Origin: an uncultured virus (IMG/VR IMGVR_UViG_3300014050_000020)
Taxonomy: Duplodnaviria; Heunggongvirae; Uroviricota; Caudoviricetes
Length of the DNA stretch: 20,000 nucleotides
Strand: one strand, 5' to 3'
IMG/VR virus record: IMGVR_UViG_3300014050_000020
The notes below the pieces were generated by a model that was not told where the DNA came from, made no database searches, and worked only from the letters and a program-made list of their open reading frames with translations. Position numbers and translations under genes: made by a program. Numbering within the stretch: position 1 is the first letter of the stretch; each line of letters starts with the position of its first letter. Positions 15,548 through 20,000 of this stretch are shown piece by piece.

Positions 15548-16536
15548 TCGTAATATCCTTGACTAAAGATTTCTGCAAATGCTTGACTGTTTTCGCTTAA
15601 CTTTTGCAAGTCAAAGCGGCCACAAAATTTGAGAAATTGAGCACCAATCATGGGACGATTCTTGGTTCGTGCAGCCGCTTCGATAGTTGCCGCGATCTTG
15701 ACCTTTACCTCATCGGGTTGTGCTCGCAAATCTACTAGCATACGATTACGATTGTAATCGTCAATGACACGATGCTCACGACCTTCGTGGTCGGTCCAAC
15801 GCTGTAGCATTAAATTATTCCAAGCAAATCCACGGTTGAAACGATCGGAAAATGCTTCGGTCAACCCAACTTTATTTCTCGATCCCTGCCGTCTTACACC
15901 AGGATATGCACTGAATATGTTGTCGGTGGGATCACCACGCATACACTTTTCAAACAGGATCCATTCAGGATCAGGGATAGTTTTGGGTTCCTTGGTTTTT
16001 TTGTCTATAACACGTTTACCTTTACGATCAAAGATACCATCTAGTGTATGAAGTTCGTCTGTGACGCCATTAAATTGCTTTACGTTCGGTGCCAGTAATT
16101 GATGAAAATCACTGTCTGTACTGACAATAATATGTTGATCTCGGGGGTGTAAAGTTATAAAACCTGAAATAAGATCGTCGGCTTCTAGTTCAGCGTGTCG
16201 TAGTGTGGTCGAGTTGGTACGCTCATCTAGAAATGCTCGTAGTGCATCTAGTCCTTCCCAAAACAAGCGATCTTCCTCAGCCTCGCGTTCGGTCATAGCA
16301 GCACGACTGTTGGCACGATTACGCTTGTATGCTGGATAATAGTCCTTACGCCAACTGCGACCTTCGTTGCAGAATACCACATGATCTGCTTGCTGTTCTC
16401 GCCAGCATCGATTAACGCTGGTCAATGTGACATGAATAGCGAAGGACACCTTTTCTTCGCTGCTGCTAGCACGGTGGGCTGAATGTCTGGCTCTAAAATA
16501 CATATTTGCCAGGTCAATGAGTAGATAAGTTTTCAT
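15544..16536 (-). CDS. rnh: T4-type RNase H / 5'-3' flap exonuclease
   Basis: YLLID-x-x-N, SWRKDYYPAYK-NR, LEADD, IVSTDSDFHQL and GDPTDNI: the FEN/T4 RNase H acidic motifs. Confidence 0.9.
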   Translation of the reverse strand: MKTYLLIDLANMYFRARHSAHRASSSEEKVSFAIHVTLTSVNRCWREQQADHVVFCNEGRSWRKDYYPAYKRNRANSRAAMTEREAEEDRLFWEGLDALRAFLDERTNSTTLRHAELEADDLISGFITLHPRDQHIIVSTDSDFHQLLAPNVKQFNGVTDELHTLDGIFDRKGKRVIDKKTKEPKTIPDPEWILFEKCMRGDPTDNIFSAYPGVRRQGSRNKVGLTEAFSDRFNRGFAWNNLMLQRWTDHEGREHRVIDDYNRNRMLVDLRAQPDEVKVKIAATIEAAARTKNRPMIGAQFLKFCGRFDLQKLSENSQAFAEIFSQGYYE

Positions 16537-16568
16537 GTCGTTATATTAACAGTTAACGACCCTGTGTG

Positions 16569-16991
16569 TCAACCAACTTCGGTTCGGCCGTCGCCCAAAT
16601 TGCGTTTTGACACTCTGCGTAGGTCTGGATCCGCTTGCTCTTGTTCATAGGTTTCCAAAACTACATTACGACAGACTTCTTGGAACCAACGATCCACAAT
16701 AACATGTTCGGGTTCATCGAGTTTTTTTTGAAATCCGGCTCTTACCAAATTGGCTAAGAATTTGTCATTCCAGTCTAGCTCAAAAGCACCGGCACCAATA
16801 TTATCAGGATCAAGATCTACGCTGAGTATTGCCACATAAGGTTCTCCGCGATCAGTGGCCAACTCTTTGGCAGACTTTGACACACGAGTCTGACGCTGCT
16901 TTTTTGACGCAGGAGGTTCGGGCGTGAGTTCTGCAACCGATTTTGGTTCCGATTTGCTGCCCCCAAGTATGCGTTTAAAGAATTCTTTCAT
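16569..16991 (-). CDS. Conserved hypothetical phage protein (140 aa, FELDWND motif)
   Basis: Start placed at the ATG at 16991, which gives an ATGA overlap with the queE stop. Confidence 0.8.
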   Translation of the reverse strand: MKEFFKRILGGSKSEPKSVAELTPEPPASKKQRQTRVSKSAKELATDRGEPYVAILSVDLDPDNIGAGAFELDWNDKFLANLVRAGFQKKLDEPEHVIVDRWFQEVCRNVVLETYEQEQADPDLRRVSKRNLGDGRTEVG

Positions 16992-17836
16992 GTGCCCCAA
17001 GCGTTTCGAAATAAGGGAACTTGAAGTCTATCACTATAACGTAATCCATATCGCATACAGGCTAGAGCTACATTTTGATTATTCATATTGTAAACACTTT
17101 CTACACCTCCCACCGGCATTAGATAAATCTCGCCTGTGAAACCATGGTCCCTATACATAATACTGGCTGCTAGGGCATGTTCGACGTCTTTTTCTGTGGC
17201 AACCACAAACTTAAGATAAGTCCAGCCCACTGTCTCATAGTCACAGACAACGTCAGGACGGATGGCATCTTCCCAACGTTCGCCACTGTTAGGCAACTTG
17301 GCACTGACACTAAAAGTTAGATCACTTCTAGTACGCTTATTGACCCAGGTCTGTAAATATTCTTTGAATTCAGCGGCAAGAGGCTGAGTACCATTGGTTT
17401 CAAACGTCAATTCTCTAAGATCTCGCATGAACTCATGATCCAATAAATCTGGATACTGACGTTGCCAACCTAGCAAGGGTTCTCCGCCTGTGACAACTAA
17501 GTGTTCTCGGGTCCATTTACGGAACGGTAAGAGTTCTCGGATTCGTTCAACGATCGCCTCTGTTGTAAGTACCGGTGAAAGGTCCTTGAACCTAGGATCC
17601 CAACTAGCGTAACTATCACAACCGGTACTAACAAGTGGTAAATCTCTATACTCTTTATACCGGCTAATATCAGCTGCCACTGTGTGTCGTTCATTTGATC
17701 GTTCTCCTAAGGGCATTCCGAATGAGTCGCAAGTAAAATTACATCCAAAAGTACGAAGGAACACACTGGGGACTCCCATATATCGACCTTCACCTTGAAT
17801 TGAATAAAATAATTCAGATACTTTGATTTTGCTCAT
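16988..17836 (-). CDS. queE: 7-carboxy-7-deazaguanine synthase QueE (radical SAM), split-motif variant
   Basis: ELFYSIQGEG, FLRTFGCNFTC...GCDS, VVTGGEPL, FETNGT, SVSAKL, LKFVV and RLQVPL motifs; queD-like gene nearby. Confidence 0.88.
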   Translation of the reverse strand: MSKIKVSELFYSIQGEGRYMGVPSVFLRTFGCNFTCDSFGMPLGERSNERHTVAADISRYKEYRDLPLVSTGCDSYASWDPRFKDLSPVLTTEAIVERIRELLPFRKWTREHLVVTGGEPLLGWQRQYPDLLDHEFMRDLRELTFETNGTQPLAAEFKEYLQTWVNKRTRSDLTFSVSAKLPNSGERWEDAIRPDVVCDYETVGWTYLKFVVATEKDVEHALAASIMYRDHGFTGEIYLMPVGGVESVYNMNNQNVALACMRYGLRYSDRLQVPLFRNAWGT

Positions 17837-18043
17837 TTATTCATCTTTAAAATAGTGTTCTAATGCTTCTAATTTATCATGGTACTCACTGATGTGTGCT
17901 AATTCATTTTCAATTGCTGCCATGATATCTGTGTGTTCAGGAATGGCGATGGGATTGGCCAGTATAACTTCTAGATTTACCACATGTTTTTGAATATGAC
18001 TGGCCAGGTGTTCGCGAGTAGCTTCAATCAGCCGTGTTCTCAT
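17837..18043 (-). CDS. Conserved small phage protein (68 aa, NPIAIPEH motif)
   Basis: The ATG at 18043 gives a short overlap with the MazG-like gene; the stop abuts the queE start. Confidence 0.75.
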   Translation of the reverse strand: MRTRLIEATREHLASHIQKHVVNLEVILANPIAIPEHTDIMAAIENELAHISEYHDKLEALEHYFKDE

Positions 18044-18308
18044 ATATGGACGACCATTGTTTAAGTTTTTCAAATTTGCCATGTTTAGCCTTTTCTATAT
18101 TAGTACGATCAATTACGCCAAATTGTTCAAGGAGGTCTATCATTGCTAGTAAGTCTCCTAACTCTACTTCTAAATGTTCAAGATTAGTTTTGGGTTTATC
18201 GGGTTTGAAGTTGTCAATACCAAACCTGAAACACTTACTAATGGCCTGTGTTACTTCGGCGCATTCTTCTTGTAAAATCAATAAAATTTCTCTAGTACGA
18301 TCATCCAC
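18024..18308 (-). CDS. MazG-like nucleoside triphosphate pyrophosphohydrolase
   Basis: LQEECAEV and LEVELGDLLA (EExxE ... ExxD) all-alpha NTP-PPase motifs. Confidence 0.8.
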   Translation of the reverse strand: MDDRTREILLILQEECAEVTQAISKCFRFGIDNFKPDKPKTNLEHLEVELGDLLAMIDLLEQFGVIDRTNIEKAKHGKFEKLKQWSSIYENTAD

Positions 18309-19482
18309 CTGATAATTCCTTGGCTGTTTGTTGAGCTGTAAATGGGGCCAGTGTAAATCCTAAATGGCCATGCCCTGTGTTGTAGTATACACGATCATTC
18401 TTTAAACTTCTACGGACAATGGGCATCATGTTGGCGGTCATCGGTCTTAGGCAAGCCCAACTCGCGTAATCACGGGCATCAATGTCGGGAAAGTTTTGAT
18501 GTACCCAACTGAGTAATGGTCGAATTCTGTCTTGTCTGATGTCGTAGTTTTCGCCAGCAAGTTCAGCAGTACCGGCTACTCTAAAGCGATTACCAAAGTT
18601 AGCTGATACTATTTTAGCTTGGTCATCAAGTAAGCTAGTCCTAGGCATAACACGATGGCTAGCAATATCCTGTATGTTTATGGTAATGCTATAACCTTTG
18701 ACTGGGTAGATGCCTAAGCTGTCTCCTATGTTTCGGGCAATCAATTCACTGCCTACACCGGCACTAATCACAATGTAATCATAATAGGTGTTTAGCTCTT
18801 TTATATCAACTCTGGTGTTGTAATGAAATTTGACTTGATACTTTTGCTCAAGTACTCGTTCAAGACCCACACAGAATTGATGTATGTCACCGGTCCAGTC
18901 AGATTCGGTCCAGGCACCACCAATAATACTACGGCAATTATAAAGCGTAGGTTCGAGTTCGCAAACTTGTTTCTGGTTTAAAATTTCCCATTCACAACCA
19001 TTACCTTGATACATTTCTTGTACTAGAGTGGCCGCTTGCATATACGCAGGATCACGGTAAATGTGCAGAATACCTGAACGCAGTCTACTGAATTCTATGC
19101 CTTCTTCGGCAATAATGTCTTCGTAAAGTTGCCTAGCTATAAGCCCCATTCGTATGGTTTGGGCAGTGTTACGGGCATAGTCATTGGCAGCAGTGTGGTA
19201 TAAGAACTTTAGGATCCACTGCCATTGTGACAGGTCCATACTGGGCCTAATCAACAATGGGGCGTCTTGCTTAAATAACCACTTGATGCCTTTGACTACA
19301 TTCGCCCAGGTAGTCCAAGTTTCGCTGTTGCTTACACTGATCTGACCACCGTTGGCATAGCTAGTGCGTTGAGCAGCATAGCGTTCTTGATCGTAAACTT
19401 GAACACTGTGCCCCGCTCGGGCTAGATAATAGGCAGTGGTGAGGCCGGTAATTCCGGCCCCAATGACAGCAATGTCAGACAT
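18301..19482 (-). CDS. dadA: FAD-dependent D-amino acid dehydrogenase (DadA/DAO family)
   Basis: IAVIGAGITG (Rossmann GxGxxG), TSYANGGQIS, YPVKGYSIT, RVAGTAE, WACLRPMT and NTGHGHLGFTL. Confidence 0.88.
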   Translation of the reverse strand: MSDIAVIGAGITGLTTAYYLARAGHSVQVYDQERYAAQRTSYANGGQISVSNSETWTTWANVVKGIKWLFKQDAPLLIRPSMDLSQWQWILKFLYHTAANDYARNTAQTIRMGLIARQLYEDIIAEEGIEFSRLRSGILHIYRDPAYMQAATLVQEMYQGNGCEWEILNQKQVCELEPTLYNCRSIIGGAWTESDWTGDIHQFCVGLERVLEQKYQVKFHYNTRVDIKELNTYYDYIVISAGVGSELIARNIGDSLGIYPVKGYSITINIQDIASHRVMPRTSLLDDQAKIVSANFGNRFRVAGTAELAGENYDIRQDRIRPLLSWVHQNFPDIDARDYASWACLRPMTANMMPIVRRSLKNDRVYYNTGHGHLGFTLAPFTAQQTAKELSGG

Positions 19483-19994
19483 TACAATCCTTCAAATAAA
19501 TCCTCGTTCCATTCTCTATGACCTTCTCTGAAAGCCATATTACTCTGTGTTTCTCTTACTTCAACTCGGTAACACCAAAGCCTTGCAGCTTCTCCGGGTC
19601 CCCACAAGTCTGGAATATAAACTCCATTAACATACTTGTACAACATATCAGCTAGTCCTTCACAACCCAACCGGGGCAGTACTGTTAGTTTAGCTAATTT
19701 TTTAGACTCCAACAACCGAAAAGTTTCAAATTCTGGATCATCACGAGCCATCAATAAGGTATGGTCAAATTGATCTTCTAAAATCTTTTTGAGTTCTTTG
19801 AGTCCGCCGTAATCGGCAGCCCAATTACGAACATCTAAGTCGTCGGTGCCAAAATAAAACTTCATTGAAAAACTATAACCATGAATCAAGTTACAGTGGC
19901 TGTCTGCTCGCCACTGCCTGTAAGCACAGGGAAATGCGTCGTGGTATTCTTTAGTGCTGGTATATCTGTATACTCTAGGTTCAAACTTTGTCAT
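19482..19994 (-). CDS. queD: 6-pyruvoyl-tetrahydropterin synthase / QueD family protein
   Basis: CAYRQWRADSHCNLIHGY, DYGGLKELK...FDHTLL, GCEGLA and VEVRET motifs; linked to queE. Confidence 0.85.
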   Translation of the reverse strand: MTKFEPRVYRYTSTKEYHDAFPCAYRQWRADSHCNLIHGYSFSMKFYFGTDDLDVRNWAADYGGLKELKKILEDQFDHTLLMARDDPEFETFRLLESKKLAKLTVLPRLGCEGLADMLYKYVNGVYIPDLWGPGEAARLWCYRVEVRETQSNMAFREGHREWNEDLFEGL

Positions 19995-20000
19995 CTCTTG

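Noticed and set aside
6733..18312. Other + strand ORFs opposite thyX, vWA, AAA, RNase H, queE and MazG
   Set aside because: They lie wholly antisense to well-supported genes and have no independent signals.
1..20000. Stop-codon reassignment, tRNA genes or a diversity-generating retroelement
   Set aside because: Genes are full length under the standard code using TAA, TGA and TAG. I saw no cloverleaf, reverse transcriptase or TR/VR pair by eye; tRNAscan-SE and a self dot-plot would confirm.

Overview
A 20-kb segment of a large tailed dsDNA phage genome (standard genetic code; T4-like late TAAATA and sigma70-type early promoters; host probably a proteobacterium, by inference). Bases 1-6.1 kb (+) are a tail fibre/adhesin module: an S74 auto-chaperone fibre, a Thr-rich Calx-beta-like protein, and a 1350-aa Gly-rich mosaic protein ending in a Hint-like domain. 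Bases 6.1-20 kb are almost all on the - strand. They carry QueD-like and QueE genes (7-deazaguanine pathway) with a DadA-like flavoprotein and a MazG-like gene between them, T4-type RNase H, conserved hypotheticals, and four coupled micro-ORFs missing from the ORF track that sit behind a PhaR-like palindrome. They also carry an array of early genes each headed by a repeated promoter/inverted-repeat cassette, a MoxR-like AAA + vWA/metallopeptidase pair and thyX. A free-standing GIY-YIG/NUMOD3 endonuclease is inserted antisense, with a structured leader, a 3' hairpin and short flanking direct repeats. All family assignments come from motif recognition by eye; no searches were run.
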